Shown here: piece by piece, positions 40,114-49,793 of the stretch
How the letters are laid out: the number at the start of each line of letters is the position of its first letter
How positions within the stretch are numbered: position 1 is the stretch's first letter
Assembly: GCA_913043225.1 (NCBI GenBank)
Contig: CAJWLU010000008.1
Location: 1 to 64,000, forward strand
Origin: an uncultured Acidobacteriota bacterium
GTDB taxonomy: Bacteria > Acidobacteriota > Vicinamibacteria > Vicinamibacterales > UBA8438
Reading direction: 5' to 3'
DNA: 64,000 nucleotides
Position numbers and translations under genes: made by a program
Notes under the pieces: generated by a model
What the model saw: the letters and a program-made list of their open reading frames with translations, nothing else
What the model was told of the DNA's origin: nothing
Database searches by the model: none

Positions 40114-40323
40114 TCGGACAACGTCTGCTGCTGGTTGGTGCGTTGTGGCTGTCTGTGGCTTCGAGGCCGGTGAGGGTGCCATCAGAGCGAGGACCGTATC
40201 TGCGATCCGGTATTTGGATTAAGCAGGGCGCGTGCGCGTTGGACCGGTCGAATACACGATCTATCCCGGTCCCGGCCTGACACATGTCCAGGCGGAGGGG
40301 CCGCTCCGCACTATGATCGGCCG

Positions 40324-41118
40324 GTGAGCGAGCCTGGAGCTGGCGAGGGTCCGCGGCGGTGGACAGTTCAGACCGTGCTGGAGCGGGACCGTCTGTTCGT
40401 CGGGGCCGGTCTGGTCGGGGTCTCGGGCTTGGCGTGGATCTATTCGGTGTCTGGTGTTGGCCCGATGTCCGGGGAGATGCATGTGCCCCGTACGGCTGTG
40501 TGGGCTCCTTTCGACGCCTGGCTTGTCTTCGTGATGTGGGCGGTGATGATGGTAGCGATGATGGTCCCGTCGGCGTCCCCGGTGGTCATCGCTTTCGCCA
40601 CGCTGCAACGACGGCAAGACACGTCAGCGCGAGTGTGGACGACGGTCGGCGCGTTTCTTTCCGGCTATCTCCTAGTTTGGACCGCGTTCAGTGGCCTCGC
40701 CACGCTGGCCCAGTGGGGGTTACAACGCGCGGCGCTCCTCACGCCGACTGGTGCGAGCGCGACGTCTTGGCTGGCCGGGGTCTTCATGGTGGCGGCCGGC
40801 GCCTTTCAGTGGACGGAGCTGAAAACCTCCTGCCTTAGACACTGTCGTTCACCCTTCGCCTTCTTTTTGGCTTCATGGCGAGATGGTGTCGGTGGGGCGA
40901 TTCGCATGGGGATCGAACATGGGGTGGTGTGCGTCGGATGTTGCTGGGCGCTCATGTTGTTGATGTTCGTAGCCGGTGTCATGAACGTGTACTGGCTGGC
41001 CGGATTGGCGCTATTCGTGCTGGTCGAGAAGGTCGCCCCGGGTGGCGAGCGGTTCGGTCGCTGGGCCGGGTTAGGGTTGATCGGCTGGGGGGTCATGTTG
41101 CTCTCGGAAGCCGTGTAG
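40324..41118 (+). CDS. DUF2182 predicted metal-binding integral membrane protein
   Basis: MWAVMMVAMMVPS, CLRHCRSP, CVGCCWALM..GVMN. Confidence 0.9.
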   Translation: MSEPGAGEGPRRWTVQTVLERDRLFVGAGLVGVSGLAWIYSVSGVGPMSGEMHVPRTAVWAPFDAWLVFVMWAVMMVAMMVPSASPVVIAFATLQRRQDTSARVWTTVGAFLSGYLLVWTAFSGLATLAQWGLQRAALLTPTGASATSWLAGVFMVAAGAFQWTELKTSCLRHCRSPFAFFLASWRDGVGGAIRMGIEHGVVCVGCCWALMLLMFVAGVMNVYWLAGLALFVLVEKVAPGGERFGRWAGLGLIGWGVMLLSEAV

Positions 41119-41128
41119 CGGAGGTGCG

Positions 41129-41740
41129 ATGGCGTTTCCCTGGCGAATCTCTGGCGAGATCGTACTGAGCTGTAATTGTGATGTGTTCTGTCCTTGCGTG
41201 ATCTCGCTAGGGAAGGCGCAGCCGTCCCAGGGCGTCTGCCACACCTGGTGGGGGCTGCGGATTCATGAGGGACATGCCGGGGACGAGTCTCTCGACGGGC
41301 TCAACATAGCGGCGGTGATGGACATTCCCGGACCGTTGGCGCACGGCGACTGGGCGGTTGGACTCTACATCGACGAGCGAGCGACCCCGGCCGCGGTCGA
41401 GCGGTTGACCGAGATTCTCACCGGTCAGGCCGGAGGCACGACGGGGTGGTTCCGGATCGTGATCTCGCGCCTGCTCGGTACCCGCCAGGTGCCGATCACG
41501 TTCGAAGATACGGACAAGGGGTGGTCGGTCCAGATCCCCAAGATCATCGATGGCACGGTCGAACCGATCACTGGCGCGGCCGGGGAGGGCGAGACTCGAG
41601 TGACGAACTCGGCCTACTGGGTGGCTCCCGACGTGGTGGTGTGCTCCGGCACGCGGAGCCGATACCGCGACTGGGGACGCAACTGGAACCTGTCTGGACT
41701 GAGCGCCGAGTACGCCAAGGTAAAGTGGTCGGGCCCCTAG
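41129..41740 (+). CDS. DUF1326 domain protein
   Basis: SCNCDVFCPC..C motif, YIDERA, LTGQAGG; follows DUF2182. Confidence 0.9.
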   Translation: MAFPWRISGEIVLSCNCDVFCPCVISLGKAQPSQGVCHTWWGLRIHEGHAGDESLDGLNIAAVMDIPGPLAHGDWAVGLYIDERATPAAVERLTEILTGQAGGTTGWFRIVISRLLGTRQVPITFEDTDKGWSVQIPKIIDGTVEPITGAAGEGETRVTNSAYWVAPDVVVCSGTRSRYRDWGRNWNLSGLSAEYAKVKWSGP

Positions 41741-41871
41741 TCCTTTACCGATATGGCGGCGTGGCGGTGTGGCTTTGTCGGTCACAACCCGACTGGTTAC
41801 TCCTTCCCCGCGCTTGGCCGCGCACCCGTCTCCCCAAGACACTGTGACCCGGCTGGTATTTCAGCAGGCTG

Positions 41872-42783
41872 CTAGCCGTCGAGGCGGAGTTGTTCCGAGA
41901 GCAGACGGATGTGGTCCGGTCCGATACCACAGCAGCCGCCGATCAGTCGCGCCCCGGCGGCCACCCAGATGCGCGCCTGTGTCAGGTAGGTCTCGGGCGA
42001 GATCACGTCGTTGAACTGCCAGTTGGGCATCACGAACTGGCCCGAGTGCCCGTAGGCACCGAGCGGTCCCGTCCATTGCTGCTTGACCACCTCGAGTGCT
42101 GCCGCCACGTCACGGGCTTCGGTGTGCATCACGCTCACGAGACTGCCACCCTCGGCGAGGACTGGTCCCAGCGCCGAGGCCAGCGAGCCACGGTACGTCT
42201 CACTGAACAGCGCGACCCCGTCCTTGTCGCGACGGGCCGTGAACCCGACCCAAACCGGTATCCCGGTGGCGGCTGCGGCACGGACGGCGGCCGCCGAGTA
42301 ATCGAGGTCCCACATCATCTCTAGCAGGAGAAGGTCGGGATTCGCCTCGGCCAGCACCTCGGCCTGTTCACGGAAGTTGGCTTCCGCCTGGGCTACCGGC
42401 ACCATGTACTTCCGATCGAAGTGAATCGATGACATCGAGGCGGCGACGGCGATTGGCCGGTCGAGGTTGGTCCGCTCTCGCGCTTCGAGGGCCAGTTCCA
42501 CCGCGCGGTGATTGAGCTCACGGAACTGGGCTGAGAGACCCGCTGGTTCGAGTTGGTGGCGAGCGGTCGAGAACGAGTTCGAGGTGATGATGCTGGCGCC
42601 GGCTCGGATGTAGTCCTGGTGGACCGAGCGTATCGTGTCCGGGTGGGTGACCAGCGCGGCCGCGCTCCAGGCAGCGCCATCCATCGGCACGCCACGCCGT
42701 TCGAGCTCAGTGCCGGTGGCGCCGTCGAGGAGGACGAGCTGCCTGTCGGCCAGACGCGCGCCCAGGGTTTCGACCACAGACAT
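41872..42783 (-). CDS. Homocysteine S-methyltransferase family protein
   Basis: LLDGATGTEL, VHQDYIRAGA, IGGCCGIGP.HI. Confidence 0.9.
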   Translation of the reverse strand: MSVVETLGARLADRQLVLLDGATGTELERRGVPMDGAAWSAAALVTHPDTIRSVHQDYIRAGASIITSNSFSTARHQLEPAGLSAQFRELNHRAVELALEARERTNLDRPIAVAASMSSIHFDRKYMVPVAQAEANFREQAEVLAEANPDLLLLEMMWDLDYSAAAVRAAAATGIPVWVGFTARRDKDGVALFSETYRGSLASALGPVLAEGGSLVSVMHTEARDVAAALEVVKQQWTGPLGAYGHSGQFVMPNWQFNDVISPETYLTQARIWVAAGARLIGGCCGIGPDHIRLLSEQLRLDG

Positions 42784-42853
42784 GACTAGACCGGGACTGT
42801 AACATGAGGCCCGTTGGCCGTTGCCGGACCGTTCGGCCTCGAGGAGGACGCAG

Positions 42854-43912
42854 ATGATTAGGGTCGGAACCGTTGTGTTGTTTGTCGCCGTCGTGCTGGC
42901 GGCTGGGTGCGACAATCCCGCGACCACCGTGATGGCGCCTGGAGCCGATCCCCCTGGGTTCACCGAGTATGGTGCTCATCCATGCGAGATGGTCGGCGAG
43001 GTCGGCTTCGTGTGCGACATGATCAGTCCTGAGGACATTGCCCTAGTGCCCGATTCGGACTGGGCCATCGTGTCCGGGGCGCAGGAGGGTGGTCGGATCT
43101 ACGCGGTGCACAAGGCCGACAAGACCGCGACGACGCTGTTCCCGGCGACCGGCGCGGTCGAGCGGCTGGACGCGCGTACCTATCCGACTTGTCCCGGCCC
43201 GCTGGCCGAGGGTGAGTTCCGAGCACATGGTCTCTACCTGAAGGCGAGACGAGAAGGGCCGCACGTCCTGTATGTTGTCCATCACGGCACCCGTGAGTCG
43301 ATCGAGGTGTTCGACGTGGATGGCGCTACCTCGCCTCCCACCCTGACCTGGGTCGGGTGCGCGCCGGCGCTGTCGATGCTGAGCCTGAACAGTGTGGTCG
43401 CTTTGCCCGAGGGTGGGTTCGCCACGACCAGCGCGCCGACCGACAACGTCTGGGAGTGGCACACGTCAACCGGTTGGCGTCCGGTACCCGGGAGCGACGG
43501 GACGTCGCCCAACGGGCTCGAGATCTCGCACGATGGTCGCTGGCTGTACATCGCTGGCTGGGCTGAAGAGAAGTTGACGCGCATCTCTCGCGCACGCTCC
43601 CCTCTCGAGCGGGATGAGATCCAACTGGGCTTCCGGCCGGACAACCTGCGGATGTCGGTGGATGGGAGCGTCATGTGGGCCGCAGGGCATACCGACCGGG
43701 ATGGGAACTCGATCACGCTCCCGAGGACGCCCCTGTCAGAGACGTCCAACGTGGCGGCGATCGATCCCGAGACGCTGGAATTTCGGAGGATTCTTGAGCA
43801 ACCGGCTATCAACGGGTTCGTGTCGTCGACCACGGCGATCCAGGTGGGAGACGAACTCTGGCTCGGCTCTTACCGCGGGGACCGGATGGCGTATCTGACG
43901 ATGCCCGAGTAG
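42854..43912 (+). CDS. SMP-30/paraoxonase-like six-bladed propeller lipoprotein
   Basis: Lipobox LAAGC; PED, LNSV, PNGL, RPDNL motifs. Confidence 0.8.
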   Translation: MIRVGTVVLFVAVVLAAGCDNPATTVMAPGADPPGFTEYGAHPCEMVGEVGFVCDMISPEDIALVPDSDWAIVSGAQEGGRIYAVHKADKTATTLFPATGAVERLDARTYPTCPGPLAEGEFRAHGLYLKARREGPHVLYVVHHGTRESIEVFDVDGATSPPTLTWVGCAPALSMLSLNSVVALPEGGFATTSAPTDNVWEWHTSTGWRPVPGSDGTSPNGLEISHDGRWLYIAGWAEEKLTRISRARSPLERDEIQLGFRPDNLRMSVDGSVMWAAGHTDRDGNSITLPRTPLSETSNVAAIDPETLEFRRILEQPAINGFVSSTTAIQVGDELWLGSYRGDRMAYLTMPE

Positions 43913-43916
43913 CGCT

Positions 43917-44678
43917 GTGACCCATCCCAAACTAACGGCCTTGCTGCGTGCGGCGGAGCGGGTCCTGGTGTTCACCGGGGCTGGTATCTCGACGGGAAGC
44001 GGCATTCGCGATTTTCGCGGACCAAACGGCGTCTGGAAGGAACGTCAGCCCATCTACTTTCAGGATTTCATGACCTCGGATGCGGCCCGGGTCGAATATT
44101 GGGACGAGAAGTGCGAGGCGTGGCCGTCGTTTCGTGACGCGGAGCCGAACCGGGTCCATACCGCGGCCGTCGGTCTGGAGCGGGCGGGCAAGCTGGCCAT
44201 GGTCGTGACCCAGAACGTCGACGGTTTGCACGGCAAGGGCGGTACGTCACCCGAGCGATTGGTCGAACTGCACGGCACCAACACCGCCATCGAGTGCATG
44301 ACCTGTCACGAGCGCAGCGACCCCGAGTCGCACGTGCAGCGGTTTCTCGAGACCCGCGCGGCGCCGCTGTGTGCGTGCGGCGGCTACCTGAAGCCGGCCA
44401 CGATCAGTTTCGGGCAGAATCTGGCACCCCAGGATCTTGAGCGCTCCGCGCGCGCCGCGGCCGAGGCCGACCTGGTGATTTCACTGGGGTCGACCCTGTC
44501 GGTGTACCCGGCGGCCGGGGTTCCACTGACGGCGGCCCGACGGGGGGTGCCCTATGTGGTGATCAATCGCGGGGCGACTGAGCACGACTCGGACCCGGCG
44601 GTTACCCTCCGGCTCGACGGAGATGTCGTTGAACTGTTCCCGCTTGCGGTGGATGTGGCGCTCGGTTTACCTGCCTAG
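43917..44678 (+). CDS. cobB: Sir2-family NAD-dependent deacylase
   Basis: TGAGISTGSGIRDFRG, TQNVDGLH, ELHG, CMTC..CAC, GSTL.VYPAA. Confidence 0.92.
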   Translation: MTHPKLTALLRAAERVLVFTGAGISTGSGIRDFRGPNGVWKERQPIYFQDFMTSDAARVEYWDEKCEAWPSFRDAEPNRVHTAAVGLERAGKLAMVVTQNVDGLHGKGGTSPERLVELHGTNTAIECMTCHERSDPESHVQRFLETRAAPLCACGGYLKPATISFGQNLAPQDLERSARAAAEADLVISLGSTLSVYPAAGVPLTAARRGVPYVVINRGATEHDSDPAVTLRLDGDVVELFPLAVDVALGLPA

Positions 44679-44687
44679 CGATAGGCA

Positions 44688-45677
44688 CTACCGCTCGGAG
44701 TACTGACCGATGTGGTCGAGCAGCAGGGCGTTGAGCTGGTCCGGCGCCATGTCCGGGATCCAGTGGTTGATCCCTTCAAGGATCTCGAACCGATACGGCC
44801 CATCGACATATTCGCCCGTGAGCTCGGCCCCATCGCGGCAGAGGGCAGTGTCGCCGTCACTCCACACGAACATGGTGGGTACGGTGATGCTGCCGAGCGC
44901 CGGGGCAGTCGGCTGGCGGTTCTCGATATTGGCTCGATACCAGTTGAGTGCTGATCCGAGCGCGGGCTTGGTGCCCAGTACCCGCACGAACTCCTCGATC
45001 GCGTCTGCCTCCATGCCGGCGTAGACGCCCCGGAGGCCGGCGGCGTTGTCGGCTAGGAAGCCGTCCTCGGAGTTGGGCTGGACGAACATGTCGAAGTAGG
45101 CCGAGGCGGCGGGCTGGCAGGACTGAGGGTCGGCCAGCACCCGGGCGAAGGCGTCGAGGTGGGGTACGGAGATCGGCGTGACCGAGATCACCCGATCTGG
45201 GATTTCCGCCGCGACCCCCCAGGCCACGATGGCGCCCCAGTCGTGGCCGACCATGTGAAAGCGCTCGGTCCCGAGCGCGTCGCTCATGCCGACGATGTCT
45301 GCGACCAGCAGATCCAGCGTGTAGTCCTCGACGGTCTCGGGTCTAGCTCCGGCCGAGTAACCGCGCTGGTTCGGGGTTACGACCCGGTAGCCGGCTGCGG
45401 CGAGCGCCCGCTGCTGGTGGCGCCACTCGTGGTTCGTCTGGGGAAAGCCGTGGAGCATGAGCACGAGCTCACCGTCGTCGGGTCCGGAGGACCGGATGTC
45501 GAACGTCAGGTCGCCGACTGACAGCTGATTGTCGACGATCGTAACCGGCTCCGGCTCGACCGGAGCAGGGTCACTGGCTGCCGAGTCCGCGGCCGCCGGG
45601 TCGCCCGACCCGCCGCAGCCGGCGAGGGTCAGAAGAAGCGTGCTGAGCGAGGCGAGCGTTCTGAGGTGAGTGCGCAT
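44688..45677 (-). CDS. Epoxide-hydrolase-family alpha/beta hydrolase, lipoprotein
   Basis: Lipobox LAGC; LHGFP, QRGYS, GHDWG, NWYRA, INHW. Confidence 0.88.
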   Translation of the reverse strand: MRTHLRTLASLSTLLLTLAGCGGSGDPAAADSAASDPAPVEPEPVTIVDNQLSVGDLTFDIRSSGPDDGELVLMLHGFPQTNHEWRHQQRALAAAGYRVVTPNQRGYSAGARPETVEDYTLDLLVADIVGMSDALGTERFHMVGHDWGAIVAWGVAAEIPDRVISVTPISVPHLDAFARVLADPQSCQPAASAYFDMFVQPNSEDGFLADNAAGLRGVYAGMEADAIEEFVRVLGTKPALGSALNWYRANIENRQPTAPALGSITVPTMFVWSDGDTALCRDGAELTGEYVDGPYRFEILEGINHWIPDMAPDQLNALLLDHIGQYSER

Positions 45678-45744
45678 GGCGCACAGTCTATCCCCGCGCG
45701 TGGCGAGTGCGTTATCGCCGAGCGGTGACGATATGATCCCGAGC

Positions 45745-46518
45745 GTGAAGATCGCGACCTGGAACGTGAACGGCCTGCGGGCCCGACTCGGCTTCCTGTG
45801 CCACTGGCTCGATGCCCGGCAGCCGGATATCGTCGGTCTCCAAGAGCTCAAACTCGACGATGCCGAGTTCCCGCACGACGAGATCCGCGCGGCTGGCTAC
45901 CATGCGGCGCTGTTCGGTCAGAAGGGCTGGAACGGGGTCGCCGTGCTCACGCGGGATCCGGCGACCGTCGTCCAACGCGGTCTCCCGGGTCAGGAGGGGT
46001 TCGGTTCACGCCTCATCACGGTGACGGTCGGCGATCTGTCGTTCACCACCGTCTACTGCCCGAATGGCAAGTCGGTCGAACACGACGACTACCCGCGCAA
46101 ACTGGAATGGTTTGAGAGCCTGACGGCGTACTTCGTCGATGCCCACGATGCGTCGCAGCCGACCATTCTGTGCGGCGACTTCAACATTGTGCCGGCGCCG
46201 ATCGACAGCTGGAACGAGGAGGCGATGCATGGCCGTATCTTCCACACCGACGCCGAACGGGAGCGCTATCAGCGTCTTCACACGTGGGGGTTCACCGACC
46301 TCTACCGGCACTACCTGCCAGACACGCAATTCTTCTCATGGTGGGACTATCGGGCCGGTGCGTTCCACCGGAACCACGGTCTTCGTATCGATCTGATCCT
46401 CGGGACCGTCCCAGTGGTGGAGCGGGTCCGCCATGTGGAGGTGGATCGGGACTATCGCAAGAAGAAGGAAGGGTTGACTGCCTCCGATCACGCCCCGGTG
46501 ATCGCCGAACTGGAGTAG
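45745..46518 (+). CDS. xth: Exodeoxyribonuclease III
   Basis: KIATWNVNG, LQE, YCPNG, GDFN, SWWDYR, GLRID, SDHAP. Confidence 0.95.
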   Translation: MKIATWNVNGLRARLGFLCHWLDARQPDIVGLQELKLDDAEFPHDEIRAAGYHAALFGQKGWNGVAVLTRDPATVVQRGLPGQEGFGSRLITVTVGDLSFTTVYCPNGKSVEHDDYPRKLEWFESLTAYFVDAHDASQPTILCGDFNIVPAPIDSWNEEAMHGRIFHTDAERERYQRLHTWGFTDLYRHYLPDTQFFSWWDYRAGAFHRNHGLRIDLILGTVPVVERVRHVEVDRDYRKKKEGLTASDHAPVIAELE

Positions 46519-46539
46519 GTCGACCAGCCGTCGCTCCGG

Positions 46540-46872
46540 GAGCGGTTCGAGCGGGTCGTGGTCCTGCTGCGTGTGAAGGGGCATCGATGAAGGCGTGTGT
46601 CGCCGCCGCGCTCGGCGACGTGGCCTCTTGCGGACCACCGACGACGCCGGTTCCCTTACCAATCCGATGGAGGAAGCCGGTGGCCTGTTCAGCATCGCGG
46701 TCCGGCACGGTCAGCCCGACGTGGTCAAGCTGCTGCTCGACCTCGGCTTTGACCCCGACGAGCGCATCTGGGCGGTCGAGCAGGACGTACCTGAGTGGGC
46801 CCGGCCCGCGGTGTGGGCGAGGATGATGGGCACGATGGGATCGTGGCCAGACTAAAGGGTGAGGTTGACTAA
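46540..46872 (+). pseudogene. Decayed ankyrin-repeat gene remnant
   Basis: Fragments in shifting frames: VLLRVKGASM..AAALGD; LFSIAVRHGQPDVVKLLLDLGFDPDE; WARPAVWARMMG/HDGIVARL. Confidence 0.55.
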
Positions 46873-47449
46873 ACGTACTGGAGGTGCGCTGTCGCTGAGT
46901 CTTGCCGCGGGTCTGGCGGCGTCAGCGGTGGTCGCGCAAGGCCCCGACCTGCGATGGTTCGATGTCGACCGGTCGACGGTCACGCTGCAGGTGCTCGGTC
47001 CCGGCGACAATGTGGCGCTCGTCATGGACGCGCCGCTGACCGAGGGGTCGGTGGAAGACACCGAGAACCCCCACCTTGCTCTGGTCATCGATGTGGCCGG
47101 GTTGAGGGTGGTCGATGCTGCTCGCTCGACCGCCCAGCGTCAGGCGCTGCTCGAGCGGGTGATTGGTCTCGACGGACTCCACGGCGTGCGCTACACCCGT
47201 GTCACCTACCACTCTCTCTCGATTGAGCAGCCAGGTCAGGGTGTGTGGCTGATTCGCGGCGAGCTTGAGCTGAACGGCCGGTTTCTGCCGCTCGACGCCA
47301 GGGCCGAACGTGACGGGGACCGGTTTACCGGGTCAGCGCGGTTCGTGCCGGCCGACTTCGGCGTGGTGCCGATGCACTTGGGTCTCGCTGCCGGGCTGGT
47401 CGGTCAGGCGGTGGCGGTGGAGTTCGACGTCGTTCTCGAAGCTCAGTAG
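46859..47449 (+). CDS. YceI-like secreted protein
   Basis: Signal peptide; DVDRSTV, GELELNG, FTGSARF..DFGV..VEFDVVL pattern. Confidence 0.6.
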   Translation: MRLTKRTGGALSLSLAAGLAASAVVAQGPDLRWFDVDRSTVTLQVLGPGDNVALVMDAPLTEGSVEDTENPHLALVIDVAGLRVVDAARSTAQRQALLERVIGLDGLHGVRYTRVTYHSLSIEQPGQGVWLIRGELELNGRFLPLDARAERDGDRFTGSARFVPADFGVVPMHLGLAAGLVGQAVAVEFDVVLEAQ

Positions 47450-47456
47450 AAGAGGC

Positions 47457-48422
47457 TCACAACCCAGCGAGGGCCGCCTGTGCACACTCGTGGGCGACGG
47501 TGACATACCGGGCGACCGTGTCCGTACCCACCACGTAGGGGTGTGGACCACCGGGCTGTCGGGTGGCTAGGGCCGGGATCTTGGTCTTGGACCCGTCGAA
47601 GTTCGTGTGATTTGCGATCAGCACGTCGGCGCCAGCCTCCTCGACGATGTCCCGGAACCGCTCCGCCGAGTCGGTATACATCTGCAACCGCTCCCGGTCG
47701 GGACCGAAGTTGAACGCAGTGCCGCCCCAGGCCGCGGCTAGATGCGAGCGGCCGCCGTCGCGGACCGGGACCAGCGTGGAGATCGTGCCCTCGGTGTGAC
47801 CAGGGGTGAGATAGAGCGTCACCGTGGTGTCGCCGAGTGACAGCCGCTGTCCATCGGTTGCGACGATGTCCCGCTTCGGTTTCCAGGCGGGGTTTCGTTC
47901 ATCGAGCAGATCCCAATCGGCCGCGCCCATGACCACCTGACTACCATAGCGCTCCTGCAAGAGCTTGGCGCCCCCGGCGTGATCCAGGTGGGCGTGGCTG
48001 ACGACGACGTACTTGATGTCGGCTGGATCGAAGCCCATGGTGGTCAGGCCGTCGATGACCTCGTCTTCGACCGAGTAGTCGAAGATGGCGTCGATCAAGA
48101 TGATGCCGTCCGAGGTGGTCACCGCCCAGGCCGAGTAATCGGTCATTCCCACGTAGTACAGGTTATCGAACACCTGCACCGGCTCGGCGTACCAGGACTC
48201 TCTGGGTGGAGTTGGTCGCGGTCCACGGCGTGCGGTCCGCGGTGGTCGTGGAGCCGCGATGCGTTCCGCTTCGGCGCAGATCCGATCGAATAGCAGCACA
48301 TGGTCGTTGCCGGCCGCCTCGCGGGCTGCGTCGAGGTGTCGTTGAACGTCGGGCAACTGTGACAGTAGGGGAACCGTCGCGAAGCCGAGCGCGAGTACGG
48401 TGGCGGTGGCCAAACGTCTCAC
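47457..48422 (-). CDS. Subclass B3-like MBL-fold hydrolase, secreted
   Basis: EPVQVFDNLYYVG, SHAHLDHAGG, TPGHTEG, ANH. Confidence 0.88.
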   Translation of the reverse strand: MRRLATATVLALGFATVPLLSQLPDVQRHLDAAREAAGNDHVLLFDRICAEAERIAAPRPPRTARRGPRPTPPRESWYAEPVQVFDNLYYVGMTDYSAWAVTTSDGIILIDAIFDYSVEDEVIDGLTTMGFDPADIKYVVVSHAHLDHAGGAKLLQERYGSQVVMGAADWDLLDERNPAWKPKRDIVATDGQRLSLGDTTVTLYLTPGHTEGTISTLVPVRDGGRSHLAAAWGGTAFNFGPDRERLQMYTDSAERFRDIVEEAGADVLIANHTNFDGSKTKIPALATRQPGGPHPYVVGTDTVARYVTVAHECAQAALAGL

Positions 48423-48459
48423 TGTGTCCTCCAGTCGGATGCTAGCGGCCGAGCAGGCC

Positions 48460-49680
48460 CTAGGGCGCTGCGGTGAACAGGTCGAGGTCGATCGACCGTG
48501 CCATGGCTGCGTAGCCGAGCACGTTCGGGTGGATACCGTCGCAGTCGTAGATCGGCTCGACCAGGTCTTTGTCGCCGTCCGCCTGCATTACGGCGTCGAA
48601 GTCGAGTACGCCGTCGAGGTCGTCGTTATTTCGGATCCAGTCGTTGATCTGATGGCGGGCCGCGTTCCTCGCCGGGGTGAAGCCGAGGTTGGCCGGAAGG
48701 CCACGTGGCACCGGGTTGCGCGGGATGATGGTGGACGCGATCACCGTGAGGCCGCGGTCTTTCGCTCGTTGCATCAGCGTGTCTAGCCCAGCGATGACCT
48801 GGTCCGCTTCGGCGTCGCGGCGCAGATCATTGGTGCCGAGGAATAACACGACGTGGGTGACACCGGCCAGGTCGAGCGCGTCGCGATCGAACCGTTCGAG
48901 TCCGGGCGGGCTTCCCACCGGTGGTACTCGGATGACGGTGTTACCGCCGATGCCGGCGTTGACCATGGCCAGACGGGCGCCGCCATCACGCTCACGCAGC
49001 CGCGTGTAAAGGACGTCCTCCCACCGGTCATAGCCGTCTACCGTGGCACAGGAGCCATCGGTGATCGAGTCGCCGAAAGCGACGATCGCGCCACGCGCTG
49101 AAGACGAGTGAACCTCTATGGCCGAGAGCCAGTGGATGCTGTTCGTCGTGTCGAGGAATAGGTCCAGCTCGACGGCGGTTGTCAGGTCACCGGTGCCTGG
49201 TTCGGTGACATATGACGTAGTGAGTCCATTGCTGTGCTGGCTGCTCCGGACGTCGGTGCCGCGCACGTGCAGGCTAATGGCCAAACGTTGCTCGGCCTCC
49301 ACCGGCAGCGCTAGCGGGTCACTCACCACCAGTCCACCGGGAGGAATGGTTACCGACGGGCTGGCGCTGAATCGAATCGGACGGACAGAGTTGGGGACGA
49401 GTGCCGGGCCGCTGGCCTGGAGACCGATCGTTGCCGCCCCGATGTCGAGTGGTGCCTCGCCGAAGGTGTTCTCAAGTCGGATCCGAACTTGGTCGCCGGC
49501 AACCGTAGTCCGGGCGATGAGCCGAATCGTGGCGTCGGTCATCGACCAGGTTTCAGGGGAGGCGCTCTGCATCGATGAACTCCATGCGGCGACCCAGTCC
49601 TGCGCCTCGGCCGAGCTGACGGCCGTGAGCGCAAGCGCGCCAGTCGCGACTAGGTGTCGAGCGAAGGAGGTGGTCTGCAT
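48460..49680 (-). CDS. SGNH/GDSL hydrolase, secreted
   Basis: FGDSITDG, NAGIGGN, GTND, DGIHPN. Confidence 0.92.
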   Translation of the reverse strand: MQTTSFARHLVATGALALTAVSSAEAQDWVAAWSSSMQSASPETWSMTDATIRLIARTTVAGDQVRIRLENTFGEAPLDIGAATIGLQASGPALVPNSVRPIRFSASPSVTIPPGGLVVSDPLALPVEAEQRLAISLHVRGTDVRSSQHSNGLTTSYVTEPGTGDLTTAVELDLFLDTTNSIHWLSAIEVHSSSARGAIVAFGDSITDGSCATVDGYDRWEDVLYTRLRERDGGARLAMVNAGIGGNTVIRVPPVGSPPGLERFDRDALDLAGVTHVVLFLGTNDLRRDAEADQVIAGLDTLMQRAKDRGLTVIASTIIPRNPVPRGLPANLGFTPARNAARHQINDWIRNNDDLDGVLDFDAVMQADGDKDLVEPIYDCDGIHPNVLGYAAMARSIDLDLFTAAP

Positions 49681-49793
49681 GGGCTGAGCATGCGGGATGC
49701 CGCGGTCAGCGTCAAACTCATGCGCGCTGGGCCGAGGAGACGAAGAACGCGGCATTGACCGGCGGTGCCGTTCCCGCCTATGGTGCCCTCACC

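Noticed and set aside
38467..40182. Long antisense ORFs (571 aa here; also 4780-5760, 24440-25585, 62718-63893 and others)
   Set aside because: Shadow ORFs expected in high-GC DNA opposite genes with clear motifs; they show no protein-family features.
47457..48422. Carbapenemase/antibiotic resistance gene
   Set aside because: B3-like motifs alone do not establish beta-lactamase activity, and there is no mobile context.
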